DNA from: Gammaproteobacteria bacterium | Lineage (GTDB): Bacteria > Pseudomonadota > Gammaproteobacteria > Steroidobacterales > Foliamicaceae | Assembly: GCA_028821145.1 (NCBI GenBank) | Contig: JAPPHC010000012.1 | Span: 2,026-66,025, forward strand | Reading direction: 5' to 3' | DNA: 64,000 bases | Shown: piece after piece, positions 9,291 to 19,152 of the stretch | How the letters are laid out: each line of letters begins with the position of its first letter | Numbering within the stretch: position 1 is the stretch's first letter | The notes under the pieces: generated by a model | Databases searched by the model: none | What the model was told of the DNA's origin: nothing | What the model saw: only the letters and a program-made list of their open reading frames with translations | Made by a program: the position numbers and the translations under genes

Positions 9291-11804
9291 ATGACCCGAA
9301 ATCTCCGTCATCGCCTGCTTGGCATCGCAATTCCAGCCGTTGCCCTGTGCATCCCGTTGGGAGCCGGCGCACAGGAACTTGAGGAAATCATCGTCACCGC
9401 CCGTAAGCGCGACGAGTCGCTGCTGGAGGCGCCGCTGTCGATCACCGTGTTCTCGGCCGAGGACCTCAGCCGGGCGGGCCTGGAAACGCTGGGAGACATC
9501 GCGCTGCAAACTACCGGGCTGTCCTTCCAGGACAACATCGCCAGCAATCGGCCCGGACGGCTCAACACGGTGATCCGCTTTCGCGGCATGTCGCCGCCCC
9601 GGGGATCGCCCCATCAGCAACTCGCCGGCCTGTTCGTGGACGGCGTGTTCGTCACGGGCGGCTCTCAATCCATTCCCATGCTGGACGTGGAGCGGGTGGA
9701 AGTCATCAAGGGTCCGCAGTCCGCGTTTTTCGGGCGCAACACTTTTTCGGGCGCGATCAATTACGTCACCCGTAATCCGAGCCTGACGGAATTTGAAGGC
9801 AAGGTGCGGGCTACCGCGGGGCAATACAGCCAGTACAACATCGCCGCCAGTTACGGCGGGCCGATTATCCAGGACAAGCTGGCCTTCCAGATCGGTCTGA
9901 GCGACTACAACAAGGGTTCGATGTACACGGCCAACGACGGCGGCGAACTGGGCAAGGAGTCCTCCGATTCCATCAGCCTGACGCTCCTTGCCGTGCCGAG
10001 CGACAATTTCACCGTGCGCGTCCGCCTCTTCAATCACGAGGACGACGATGGGCCGCCGGCAATCGGCTACCTGCCCGGTTCCGACTGGGACACCTGCACC
10101 GGCACGACCATACGGCGCCCGGACAACGACGGCAACATCACGACGCTTAATCCCACGCAATACATTTGCGGCCCGGTGCCCTTGCCGGGCGAGCCGGGCG
10201 CGCCCGACATTTCCGTAAACACCACGCTGTTCCCCGAAATCTTCAAGCGGATAACGCACCCGACGCGCTGTCCGGAGGATTGCTCCAACTGGCTGGTGCA
10301 GAACCTCGTGAACAACACGACTCTGGACGGCGTGCCCTCGCGCACAACGATGGGCATGAGCCGGGAGGTTTTCCGCTCCAGCATTGAACTGGACTATGGT
10401 TTCGCCAACGGCATGGACCTGTCGTTCAAGGCCTCCTATAACGACCATGGCGTGAACTGGATTCGTGACTTCGACATGACCGATTTCGAATCCTTCTGGA
10501 CTTCCGACCCGCAGAGGAATGAAGACAAGGGCGCCGAGTTGCGGCTGACTTCCTCACCGGACAGCCGCATAAGCTGGATGGTGGGAGCGAGCTACACCGA
10601 GCAGGAAATCGCGCTGTCCGGCGTCGGTGGAGACGTGGTGGTGGCGTGCTTCCTGCCCGAAGCCATCGGCTGTTTCGGGCCGCTGTTTGTATCGCTTCCC
10701 CCCGTCCAGGGCGAGACCGCCAAGACACGCGGCATTTTTGCGGCCACGACCATTCCCCTGGGAGACCAGTTCGCAATTGACGTCGAGGCCCGCTACATGG
10801 CGGACCAGCGGGTGACCGGCGGTCTCGCCGCGGACTACAACGAAATCGTGCCGCGGGTCATTCTTCGCTGGCATCCCAATGACGACATCAACGTTTATGC
10901 CAGTTATTCGCTCGGCGTCCTGCCCGGCGTTTTGAACACCAACCTGATCAACGCATCGCGGGATCCGTTCATAGAGCCCTACGTGGATCGCGATACCGGA
11001 ATGCCGAGCACGGAATCGGAGTACGACCAGATCCGGCGCAAGGCCCCGGAGGCCGGAGAATCCACCCCGACGCAGGAACTGGACGCGATCGAGGTAGGCA
11101 TCAAGGTAGCCCTGATGGACGGACGTGGCCAGATCAGCGCGGCCGCCTACTACTATGAGTGGGTAGCGCAGTTGTTCACCAACTTCGTGGTCTATTACCA
11201 GGACGACCCGGACCCGGCCGCCCGCGATGGCGTGGCCGGCCCGCAGCAGCAACCCCGCACACTGGAGTTCAATTTCCCGGGGGACTCGAAGCTATGGGGA
11301 ATCGAAGTGGAGAGTTCCTGGGCGCTGACCGACAACTGGATGATCGGCGCCAACGCCGCATGGCAGGACAACGAATACACGACGTTCGCCGCGACCTTCG
11401 TGCAAGACATCACCGGCAGCCGCAATCTGGCCGGCAACCAGTCGGGGCGCTATCCGGAACTGATGGGCAATGCCAGCCTGACCTATATGGACACATTGAC
11501 GGCCGATTGGGACTTCTTCGCTCGCGGAGACTTCATGTACTACGGCAAGACCTGGGCGGGCAACGGCGGCAACCTGGCCAGGCTGGAGGGATATTGGCTG
11601 ACCAATATCCGGGCCGGAGTCGAGCGGGACAACCTGCGTGTGGAGTTTTTCGTCAACAACGTCCTGGAGCAGGACACCTGGGTCGCTGCCGTAAGGAATA
11701 CGAATTTCACGCAGTTCACGGGCTTCCGTTTCAACATCCACGGCGTCATGGTGGCGCCGCAGGACCTGCGGTCCGCCGGGATACAGGTGGACTGGAGCTT
11801 CTGA
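9291..11804 (+). CDS. TonB-dependent receptor
   Basis: Signal peptide, EEIIVTARKR TonB box, plug motif VEVIKGPQSAFFGRN, C-terminal Phe; GGAGG SD upstream of 9291. Confidence 0.93.
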   Translation: MTRNLRHRLLGIAIPAVALCIPLGAGAQELEEIIVTARKRDESLLEAPLSITVFSAEDLSRAGLETLGDIALQTTGLSFQDNIASNRPGRLNTVIRFRGMSPPRGSPHQQLAGLFVDGVFVTGGSQSIPMLDVERVEVIKGPQSAFFGRNTFSGAINYVTRNPSLTEFEGKVRATAGQYSQYNIAASYGGPIIQDKLAFQIGLSDYNKGSMYTANDGGELGKESSDSISLTLLAVPSDNFTVRVRLFNHEDDDGPPAIGYLPGSDWDTCTGTTIRRPDNDGNITTLNPTQYICGPVPLPGEPGAPDISVNTTLFPEIFKRITHPTRCPEDCSNWLVQNLVNNTTLDGVPSRTTMGMSREVFRSSIELDYGFANGMDLSFKASYNDHGVNWIRDFDMTDFESFWTSDPQRNEDKGAELRLTSSPDSRISWMVGASYTEQEIALSGVGGDVVVACFLPEAIGCFGPLFVSLPPVQGETAKTRGIFAATTIPLGDQFAIDVEARYMADQRVTGGLAADYNEIVPRVILRWHPNDDINVYASYSLGVLPGVLNTNLINASRDPFIEPYVDRDTGMPSTESEYDQIRRKAPEAGESTPTQELDAIEVGIKVALMDGRGQISAAAYYYEWVAQLFTNFVVYYQDDPDPAARDGVAGPQQQPRTLEFNFPGDSKLWGIEVESSWALTDNWMIGANAAWQDNEYTTFAATFVQDITGSRNLAGNQSGRYPELMGNASLTYMDTLTADWDFFARGDFMYYGKTWAGNGGNLARLEGYWLTNIRAGVERDNLRVEFFVNNVLEQDTWVAAVRNTNFTQFTGFRFNIHGVMVAPQDLRSAGIQVDWSF

Positions 11805-11810
11805 TTCCCG

Positions 11811-11840
11811 TTACCGGGAGGGCGTGCGCCCTCCCGGTAA
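11811..11840. terminator. Perfect inverted repeat (terminator- or REP-like hairpin) after the receptor gene
   Basis: TTACCGGGAGGGC-GTGC-GCCCTCCCGGTAA, 13-bp stem. Confidence 0.6.
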
Positions 11841-11850
11841 TTCCGGCGCC

Positions 11851-13776
11851 GTGAGCGCTCCCCTCTGGACCCCGCCGCCGGAAAGGGCGCGCGCCAGCGC
11901 CATGGCGCGGTTCATGCGCGAGGCGGGGTTCTCCGACTACCCTGCCCTGCATCGCTGGTCGATTGACGATCCCGAGGCCTTCTGGGAGCGGCTCTGGCGT
12001 TTCTGCGCGATTCGCGGCAGCAGGGATTCCGGGGAAGTCCTCCGCGAGGGCGAACGGATACAGGACGCTGAATGGTTCCGCGGCGCGCGCCTGAATTTCG
12101 CCGAAAACCTTTTGTGGCAGGAAGAAAACCGAATCGCGCTGATCTACCGTGACGAAGCCGGGCGGCGGCGGGAAATGAGCTACGGGAGGCTGCGCGAAGA
12201 GGTGGGGCGCGTCGCCGCCGGTCTGCGCAGCCTTGGTGTGGAACGCGGCCACAGCGTTGCGGCCTGGATGCCGCACGTTCCCGAGACCATCGTTTTCATG
12301 CTGGCCGCCGCGAGCATCGGGGCCGCATTCAGCTCCTGCTCGCAGGAATTCGGCGTGCCCGCCGTGCTCGAGCGGTTCGGGCGCCTGGGGCCCAGGGTGC
12401 TGCTCGCCGCGGACGGCTATTACTGGCGCGGGCGTCCCATCGATCGCCTGACGGAACTTCAGGAAATACGCAAGGGACTGTCGGGGCTGCAGACGACGGT
12501 GATGGCGCCCTGCCTCGGCAGCGCCGGGGACCTTCCCCGGGATGCCGGGACCGTTCCTTACGACGATCTCGGCAACCCGGCAACGCCATCCTATGAGCAG
12601 CTCCCCTTCGACCACCCTCTTTACGTGGTGTTTTCCTCCGGCACTACCGGAGCGCCCAAGTGCATCGTGCATCGCGCCGGCGGCGCGCTCCTGCAGCATG
12701 TCAAGGAGCATCGCCTGCATGCCGACGTCGGCCCCGACGACCGGCTGTTCTACCTGACGAACTGCGGCTGGATGATGTGGAACTGGCTGGTCGGCGGACT
12801 GGCGTCGGGCTGCACGCTGCTTCTGTACGAGGGTTCGCCCCTGCACCCGTCGCCGGACGCGCTGTGGAAGATCGCCGGGGAAGAGAAGGTGACCGTGTTC
12901 GGCGCCAGCGCCGCCTACCTCAAGGCCATGGAAAACGCGGCGGTGCGGCCGCGAGCGGTTTCCGATCTTTCCCGTTTGCGGGCCCTTCTTTCGACCGGTT
13001 CGCCGCTCGCGCCCCGGAGCTTCGATTACGTTTACCGGGAGGTGAAGAGCGACATCATGCTGGCGTCCATTGCCGGGGGAACGGATTTGCTTGGCTGCTT
13101 CATCTCGGGCAACCCCATGCTGAGCGTTTATCGCGGGGAAATGCAGTGCCGGGCGTTGGGAATGGCGGTTGACGTCGTCGATTCCGATGGCCGGCCGGTT
13201 CGCGAACGGACCGGTGAGCTGGTCTGCACGCGTCCGTTCCCGTCTATGCCGCTGGGCTTTCTCGACGATCCCGGCGGCAGGAAATATCACCAAGCCTATT
13301 TTGCGAGGTTTCCCGACGTCTGGGCCCATGGCGATTACGCCGAGATTACCGGCACCGGCGGCCTGGTGATCCACGGACGGTCCGACGCGGTGCTGAATCC
13401 GCGCGGGATCCGGATCGGCACCGCCGAGATCTATCGCGTCGTGGAGGCGCTGGACGAAGTCGCGGAGGCGCTGGCCGTCGGCCAGGAGTATGAAGGCGAT
13501 GTTCGCGTCGTCCTGTTTCTGCGACTGACCGTTGAAACCGTCGATACGGAATTGCTGAAGAAGCGGGTGCGGGAAGCGCTGCGCGTTGACGCCAGCCCCC
13601 GCCACGTGCCCGCACGAATCTTCATTGCCCCCGATCTTCCGCGAACCATCAGTGGGAAAATCAGCGAACTGGCGGTTCGGGAAGTCATACATGGCCGCGA
13701 GGTCGCCAACCGCAAGGCCCTGGCGAACCCCGAATCCCTGGAGTTTTTCACCGGACTGGAGAAAGAACTGGCATGA
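11851..13776 (+). CDS. Acetoacetate--CoA ligase
   Basis: WFRGARLNFAENLL, FSSGTTGAPKCIVH, GWMMWNWL and GRSDAVLNP motifs; GTG start. Confidence 0.92.
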   Translation: MSAPLWTPPPERARASAMARFMREAGFSDYPALHRWSIDDPEAFWERLWRFCAIRGSRDSGEVLREGERIQDAEWFRGARLNFAENLLWQEENRIALIYRDEAGRRREMSYGRLREEVGRVAAGLRSLGVERGHSVAAWMPHVPETIVFMLAAASIGAAFSSCSQEFGVPAVLERFGRLGPRVLLAADGYYWRGRPIDRLTELQEIRKGLSGLQTTVMAPCLGSAGDLPRDAGTVPYDDLGNPATPSYEQLPFDHPLYVVFSSGTTGAPKCIVHRAGGALLQHVKEHRLHADVGPDDRLFYLTNCGWMMWNWLVGGLASGCTLLLYEGSPLHPSPDALWKIAGEEKVTVFGASAAYLKAMENAAVRPRAVSDLSRLRALLSTGSPLAPRSFDYVYREVKSDIMLASIAGGTDLLGCFISGNPMLSVYRGEMQCRALGMAVDVVDSDGRPVRERTGELVCTRPFPSMPLGFLDDPGGRKYHQAYFARFPDVWAHGDYAEITGTGGLVIHGRSDAVLNPRGIRIGTAEIYRVVEALDEVAEALAVGQEYEGDVRVVLFLRLTVETVDTELLKKRVREALRVDASPRHVPARIFIAPDLPRTISGKISELAVREVIHGREVANRKALANPESLEFFTGLEKELA

Positions 13777-14516
13777 AGAAGGCGCGCATCGAAGCCGGCG
13801 GGCTAGCACGGGACGTAACGGTGGGGGCGGACGGCAGTTTCCGCCTGCCCGGCGGCGAGCGCTATGAGCCCGGGACCTGGTGCTGGCTTCCGCCGGCGCA
13901 CACGGTCATCTACGGCCTGGCCCTGAATTTCGCCGACCATGCCCGCGAACTGAAATTCGCGGAATTGCCATCGGAACCCATACCCTTCATCAAGAACCCG
14001 TCGTCTGTCGTGGGCCACCTGGCCGAAGTCGTCCGGCCGGCGGGAGTCCGCTACATGCACTACGAAGGCGAACTGGGCGTCGTGATCGGCCGCGAGGCGC
14101 GGCGTGTGAGCCGTGAGGAGGCGATGGACTGCGTGTCGGGCTACACCATCTGCAACGACTTCACTGTGCGTGATTTCGTCGGCAACTTCTATCGCCCGCC
14201 CATCAAGGCCAAGGGCTTCGACACCTTCGGCCCGGTCGGTCCATGGATCGTCGATGCGGCTGACATCGCCGATCCGCACGAGATGTCCATTCAGACCCGG
14301 GTCAACGGGGAATTGCGCCAGGACGGCAACACCCGCGACCTGATTTTCGACATTCCGACGCTGATCGAGTGGTTTTCCGGGTTCATGACCCTGGCGCCCG
14401 GTGCGATCATCTCCACCGGCACCCCGCACGGCCTGTCCGACGTCAAGCCGGGCGACACTGTCGAAGTCCGCATCGAAGGCATCGGGAGCCTGGTGAACCC
14501 CATCGTCGCCGAATAG
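13773..14516 (+). CDS. Fumarylacetoacetate hydrolase family protein (HpaG-like)
   Basis: LNFADH, HYEGELGVVIG, NDFTVRD, KGFDTFGP and TGTP motifs. Confidence 0.9.
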   Translation: MKKARIEAGGLARDVTVGADGSFRLPGGERYEPGTWCWLPPAHTVIYGLALNFADHARELKFAELPSEPIPFIKNPSSVVGHLAEVVRPAGVRYMHYEGELGVVIGREARRVSREEAMDCVSGYTICNDFTVRDFVGNFYRPPIKAKGFDTFGPVGPWIVDAADIADPHEMSIQTRVNGELRQDGNTRDLIFDIPTLIEWFSGFMTLAPGAIISTGTPHGLSDVKPGDTVEVRIEGIGSLVNPIVAE

Positions 14517-14525
14517 CCTCCGCTC

Positions 14526-15716
14526 TCAGGAGCGGCGGTAGATCATCAGCACGCCGATCCCGCCGGTCAGGGCGCAGGCGCAAATGAGCATGGTCATTGG
14601 CGCCGGGGAGCCGCTCGGCAACCAGCCCATCAACTGGAAGCCCACGCCGCCCGCCATGATCTGCGAAAAGCCGACAATGCTGGAGGCCGCGCCGCGCCTC
14701 GCAGGTGCGGCGGAAAGTGCGGCGGCCATGCATTGCGGCTGGGATATCCCGTTGGCGAAACTGAGCATAACGGCCGGGCCGACGATGGAGTAGAGGTTCA
14801 CCACACCGTTCATGACAAGTCCCAGCATCAGGCCGCCGCCGATCGCATACGAAAGGATTCCGCAGGCCAACAGCCCACGGCTGGCCAGCGCCCCCCAGCC
14901 GGAGAACGCGTTGCCGAGCAGGTAGCCCACGGTCAGGTAGATGAACACGTAGCCGAATTGGAACGGCTCATAGCCCAGCATGTCTATGACCAGGTAGGGA
15001 GAGGCGGAGAGATAGCCGTATACACCCACCTGAACGGCGATCAGGATCGTCAGGTTGCCGATAAAGCCGGTGGTGAGGAAGGGCGACTTGCCCGCTGCGC
15101 CGCCGGTGTTCCTGTCCGCTTCGAACGCCTTGCCCCTTTGGGGCTTGTGGGTTTCCGGCATCCACTTGATCGCCATGAGCAGCAAAAGCGCCGAACACGC
15201 GCCCAGCAGCAACGGAATGCTGCGCCAGCCGACCGCGGTTACGAGATAGCCGGCGATTACCGGCGCAAGCATCGGGCCCATGACCAGCGCCATGGTCATG
15301 AAGCTCACCGCCCGGGCCAGCTTCTCCGGCGGTATCACGTCGGCCGCCACCGCTCGGCCCATCGTGGAACCCGCCGCCACGCCGACCGCCTGCACTACCC
15401 TTCCCAGGATCAGCATCGCAAGAGAATCCGCCCAGTAACTGATGGCCGAGCCGATACAGAAGACCGTAAGTCCAAGCAGGATCACCCGCCTTCGCCCGAA
15501 GCGGTCGGAAATCGGCCCATAAGCCAGCATCGAGAACGCAAGCGCGGCGGAGAAACCGGATATTACCCATTGCGTGTCCGCAACCGTCGCGGAAAAACTG
15601 TCCCGGATACTTGGGAGGGCCGGTACGAAGATCTGCATTGCAAGGGGGCTCAGTGCGTGAATCACCGTAACGATGACGATGATGGTGCCGGTCCGTGCCT
15701 TACTGAGATCAGACAT
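14526..15716 (-). CDS. Bcr/CflA-family MFS efflux transporter
   Basis: About 12 TM segments, GPISDRFGRR motif A. Confidence 0.88.
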   Translation of the reverse strand: MSDLSKARTGTIIVIVTVIHALSPLAMQIFVPALPSIRDSFSATVADTQWVISGFSAALAFSMLAYGPISDRFGRRRVILLGLTVFCIGSAISYWADSLAMLILGRVVQAVGVAAGSTMGRAVAADVIPPEKLARAVSFMTMALVMGPMLAPVIAGYLVTAVGWRSIPLLLGACSALLLLMAIKWMPETHKPQRGKAFEADRNTGGAAGKSPFLTTGFIGNLTILIAVQVGVYGYLSASPYLVIDMLGYEPFQFGYVFIYLTVGYLLGNAFSGWGALASRGLLACGILSYAIGGGLMLGLVMNGVVNLYSIVGPAVMLSFANGISQPQCMAAALSAAPARRGAASSIVGFSQIMAGGVGFQLMGWLPSGSPAPMTMLICACALTGGIGVLMIYRRS

Positions 15717-16177
15717 TAGATAATAGTTATAAGTATCTGTAATATATTTATTATTAAAGCCGTTATTGCTCCTGCCACAAGATCATCAAGCAGAATGGCG
15801 GCGCCCCCGGTAAATCGCTTCTCCATCGTGCTCACCGGCCAGGGCTTGACGATGTCGAGCAGCCGAAACAACACGAAGGCCGCAGCAACCCACGGCAACG
15901 ACGGGCTCAGGAACAGCAGGGCAAGATACATGCCCAGCACCTCGTCGAGGACGACGAAGGACGGGTCGTCCCGCCCCGCCCTGCGGGCGCAGGCCCCGCA
16001 GGCCACCGCGGCAGGCACGGCGGCCAGGACGAGCAACAGGGCCTGCAACGCCCTGCCCATCGGCAGAGTCAGCCACCAGATCAACAGGCCCCCGGCCGAG
16101 CCCCAGGTGCCGGGCGCGACGCGCAGATAGCCCAGACCCAGCCCGGATCCGGCAAGTTGAACAAGCCGCGCTTTCAC
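15716..16177 (-). CDS. pgpA: Phosphatidylglycerophosphatase A
   Basis: APGTWGS, VVLDEVLG, FRLLDIVKPWP and DDLVAG motifs; follows thiL. Confidence 0.93.
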   Translation of the reverse strand: MKARLVQLAGSGLGLGYLRVAPGTWGSAGGLLIWWLTLPMGRALQALLLVLAAVPAAVACGACARRAGRDDPSFVVLDEVLGMYLALLFLSPSLPWVAAAFVLFRLLDIVKPWPVSTMEKRFTGGAAILLDDLVAGAITALIINILQILITII

Positions 16178-17151
16178 GAAAAATGCCGAAAACCCGAGTC
16201 GGGCGGTTCCCAGGGTCGACCGCCGCGTGTCAGTCGCAGCCCTGTTCCCTGGTGCAGCTCACCGATACGGGTAAGCTGCAGCTCACCTGACAGGGCCTTC
16301 AGGCGAGGCTCGTTCTCCCTTGGGACGGCAAAGCAAAGTTCGTAGTCGTCGCCACCCGCCAGCGCCAGCCGACAGGAGTCGTCCGGGTCGGCAAAGTCCC
16401 GTAATGCGTCTGAAATGGGCAGGTTTTCGGTCTCTACGCGCCCCTTGAGTCCGCAGTGCCGCAGCAAGCGCGGCAAATCCGTCAACAGGCCGTCCGACAG
16501 GTCCATGCAGGCGGTTGCGATTCCGGCGAGTCGCCCGCCGAGTTCGATTCGCGGCTCCGGATAGCAGAAGCGGCGAACAAGCTCTTTTTGAACCGTCTCG
16601 CTCAGGGAGGATGCAGTGCCTGCCAGACGTTGTTTCAGGACCTCGAGGCCGGCGGCGGCGTCTCCGAGGAAGCCGGACACCCAGATGCCGTCCCCCGCAC
16701 CCGCGCCGCCGCGGCGCAATACCGCGTCCGGCCGTGCCGCACCATGGGCGGTCACAGTGATGCTGAGCGGGCCTCTCACAAAGTCGCCGCCCACCACTTG
16801 CACGCCATGCTCATCCGCCAGCACGTAGAGCCCGTCGGCGAATCCACCCAGCCAATCCTCGTCGGCGGCCGGGACCGACAGCGTAACGACCGCCCAAAGC
16901 GGGCGCGCGGCCATGGCGGCCAGGTCGCTGAGGCTGACCGCCAGGGCACGGTAACCGACGGCATGGGCCGAAGTGCCTGCGGGAAAATGCACTCCCTCGT
17001 TGAGCGTGTCGGTCGTGATCAGCAACCGCTCGCCGCGGGGGCAACGGAGCATGGCGGCGTCATCGCCCGGTCCGATCAGCACGTCATCGCCGTCCGCCGA
17101 ATGACGGGCAAACACGGTCTCGATCAGCCGGTCTTCCCGCTCAGTCGGCAT
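16174..17151 (-). CDS. thiL: Thiamine-monophosphate kinase
   Basis: GPGDDAA, SDLAAM, DLSDGL and GGDDYEL motifs. Confidence 0.95.
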   Translation of the reverse strand: MPTEREDRLIETVFARHSADGDDVLIGPGDDAAMLRCPRGERLLITTDTLNEGVHFPAGTSAHAVGYRALAVSLSDLAAMAARPLWAVVTLSVPAADEDWLGGFADGLYVLADEHGVQVVGGDFVRGPLSITVTAHGAARPDAVLRRGGAGAGDGIWVSGFLGDAAAGLEVLKQRLAGTASSLSETVQKELVRRFCYPEPRIELGGRLAGIATACMDLSDGLLTDLPRLLRHCGLKGRVETENLPISDALRDFADPDDSCRLALAGGDDYELCFAVPRENEPRLKALSGELQLTRIGELHQGTGLRLTRGGRPWEPPDSGFRHFS

Positions 17152-17581
17152 GCTCGGCTTCCGGATCAGGTTCGTCCGGCGGATTGGCCCTGGCCCAGCG
17201 ATCCAGCACCGCGTTGACGAACCGGTACCCGTGATCGGCTCCGAACTGCCGCGCCAGCTCGATGGCCTCGTTGATGACTACGGCCCGGCTCGTGCCGCGG
17301 CCCTTCATTTCGGCGAGGGCCGTCCAGAGAACGGCGCGCTCAACGGGATCGATTCGTTCGACTGGGATATCGCTGGCGGCCGAAATCTCCGCGTCCAGTT
17401 CGTCGCGGCGCGCCGTTATGTTGCGCAGGAGCTCGGTGAAGAACTCCGAATCGGAACGGCGGTATTCCTCGCGCTGGCGAAACTGGGCCAGTATTTCGTC
17501 CGCATCGGAGCCGGCAAGCTGCTGCTGGTACAGCGCCTGCACCAATAGCCGGCGGGCCCGGCGGCGGCTTTCCCAGCGCAC
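17141..17581 (-). CDS. nusB: Transcription antitermination factor NusB
   Basis: RRRARRLLVQALYQ, VVINEAIELA and FVNAVLD motifs. Confidence 0.95.
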   Translation of the reverse strand: MRWESRRRARRLLVQALYQQQLAGSDADEILAQFRQREEYRRSDSEFFTELLRNITARRDELDAEISAASDIPVERIDPVERAVLWTALAEMKGRGTSRAVVINEAIELARQFGADHGYRFVNAVLDRWARANPPDEPDPEAEHAD

Positions 17582-17584
17582 GGG

Positions 17585-18034
17585 CTAGTCCGAATCCGCG
17601 TGCAGGATGCGAAGGATTGCGTTGGCGGCCTCGCGCCCCTTGTTGCGCTCCGGATCTCGCACGCCGCAACGCTCTTCCGCCTGGGCCCGGTTCCCGCAGG
17701 TCAGCACGCCCAGGGCAACGTGGACGTCCTGCTTGAGGCTTACGCGCATCAGCCCGGCGCAGCACTCGCGCGCGATGTGATCGTAGTGGTCGGTTTCGCC
17801 GCGAATGAGCACCCCCAACGCGGCCACGGCGTCCGGCGCATGACGGCGTATCAGGCGACTCACCGCCAGCGGCAGTTCCCAGCAGCCCGGCACCCGCCGC
17901 AGCAGGATTCGTTCTCCCTCTACGCCCGCCTCTAGGAAACGCTCGCGGGCGCCCTTCTCCAGACGCTCGCCAAAGTCCTCGTAGTAATCGGCCGTAACGA
18001 TCAGGATCTTCAGTTTCGACGCCCCTGCAACCAC
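17585..18034 (-). CDS. ribH: 6,7-dimethyl-8-ribityllumazine synthase
   Basis: VPGCWELP, LGVLIRGETDHYD and NKGREAA motifs; GTG start inferred. Confidence 0.9.
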   Translation of the reverse strand: MVAGASKLKILIVTADYYEDFGERLEKGARERFLEAGVEGERILLRRVPGCWELPLAVSRLIRRHAPDAVAALGVLIRGETDHYDHIARECCAGLMRVSLKQDVHVALGVLTCGNRAQAEERCGVRDPERNKGREAANAILRILHADSD

Positions 18035-18039
18035 GGCAG

Positions 18040-19137
18040 CTAGTCCCCCGCATCGACGAACTTGACGACTTCCAGGCCGAAGCCGGAGAGCGCATGGATA
18101 TTGCGGGGAGCGCCCAGCACGCGCATGCGCGTCACGCCGAGGTCGCGAAGAATCTGCGCGCCGGCGCCGATCGTGCGCAAGTCGGTGACTTCCTCGCCTA
18201 CGGCCCTGCGGGGGCCGTTCAGCGACGACATGGCGGCCATCATGCTTCGCGGCGATTCCTCGTAGCACAACAGCACGGCCACGCCCGCTTCGGACGCATA
18301 GATCTGGTTCAGCGCGGCGTCGAAGGGCCAGCCCAGGTCGGCCTGGACGCCTGCCGCATCGCGCAGCGTGTTGTGCACGTGAACCCGGACCAGCGGCGCA
18401 TCGTCCTTGCGGAGATCGCCGTGCACCAGCGCCAGGTGCACCGTGCGGGCAACCTGGTCCTCGTAGGCAATCAGCCGGCAGGGGCCGAAGCGCGTCCGGG
18501 CGTTCCGTTCTTCCAGGCGCTCGACGAACTTGTCCTTTTCGAGGCGGTAACGGATCAGGTCGGCGATGCTGCCGATCTTCAGGCCCCGTTCGGCCGCGAA
18601 TTTCTCCAGGTGGGGGCGTCTTGCCATGCTGCCGTCCTCGTTGAGGATCTCGACGATCGCCGCGGAAGGCGGCAATCCGGCCAGCCGTGCAAGATCGCAT
18701 CCCGCCTCGGTATGGCCGGCGCGACTGAGCACGCCGCCCGGCTGGGCCATGACGGGGAAGACGTGCCCCGGCTGGCGCAGGTCCTCCGGCCGGGCGTCCG
18801 GCGCGGCCGCGACCCGTATGGTGTGGGCCCGGTCGTGCGCGGATATTCCAGTGGTAACGCCCTCCGCCGCCTCGATCGACACCGTGAAATTGGTGCTGCG
18901 CTGGACGTTGGTGTCCGCCACCATCAGCGGCAGGCGCAGGCGGCGGCAGTGCTCGGGCGTAAGGGTGAGGCAGATCAGGCCGCGGCCATGCAGGCTCATG
19001 TAATTGATGTCCGGGGCGGTAACGCTGGACGCGGCCATCACCAGGTCGCCCTCGTTCTCGCGGTCCTCGTCGTCGACGATGATGACCATGCGGCCCGCGC
19101 CGATGTCGGCAATGATTTCTTCGGTGCTGGAAAACAT
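18040..19137 (-). CDS. ribB: DHBP synthase fused to a degenerate GTP cyclohydrolase II-like domain (RibBX type)
   Basis: DDEDRENEGD and RAGHTEA motifs; C-terminal domain lacks the Zn-binding cysteines. Confidence 0.9.
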   Translation of the reverse strand: MFSSTEEIIADIGAGRMVIIVDDEDRENEGDLVMAASSVTAPDINYMSLHGRGLICLTLTPEHCRRLRLPLMVADTNVQRSTNFTVSIEAAEGVTTGISAHDRAHTIRVAAAPDARPEDLRQPGHVFPVMAQPGGVLSRAGHTEAGCDLARLAGLPPSAAIVEILNEDGSMARRPHLEKFAAERGLKIGSIADLIRYRLEKDKFVERLEERNARTRFGPCRLIAYEDQVARTVHLALVHGDLRKDDAPLVRVHVHNTLRDAAGVQADLGWPFDAALNQIYASEAGVAVLLCYEESPRSMMAAMSSLNGPRRAVGEEVTDLRTIGAGAQILRDLGVTRMRVLGAPRNIHALSGFGLEVVKFVDAGD

Positions 19138-19152
19138 CGTGGGTCCGGCCCT

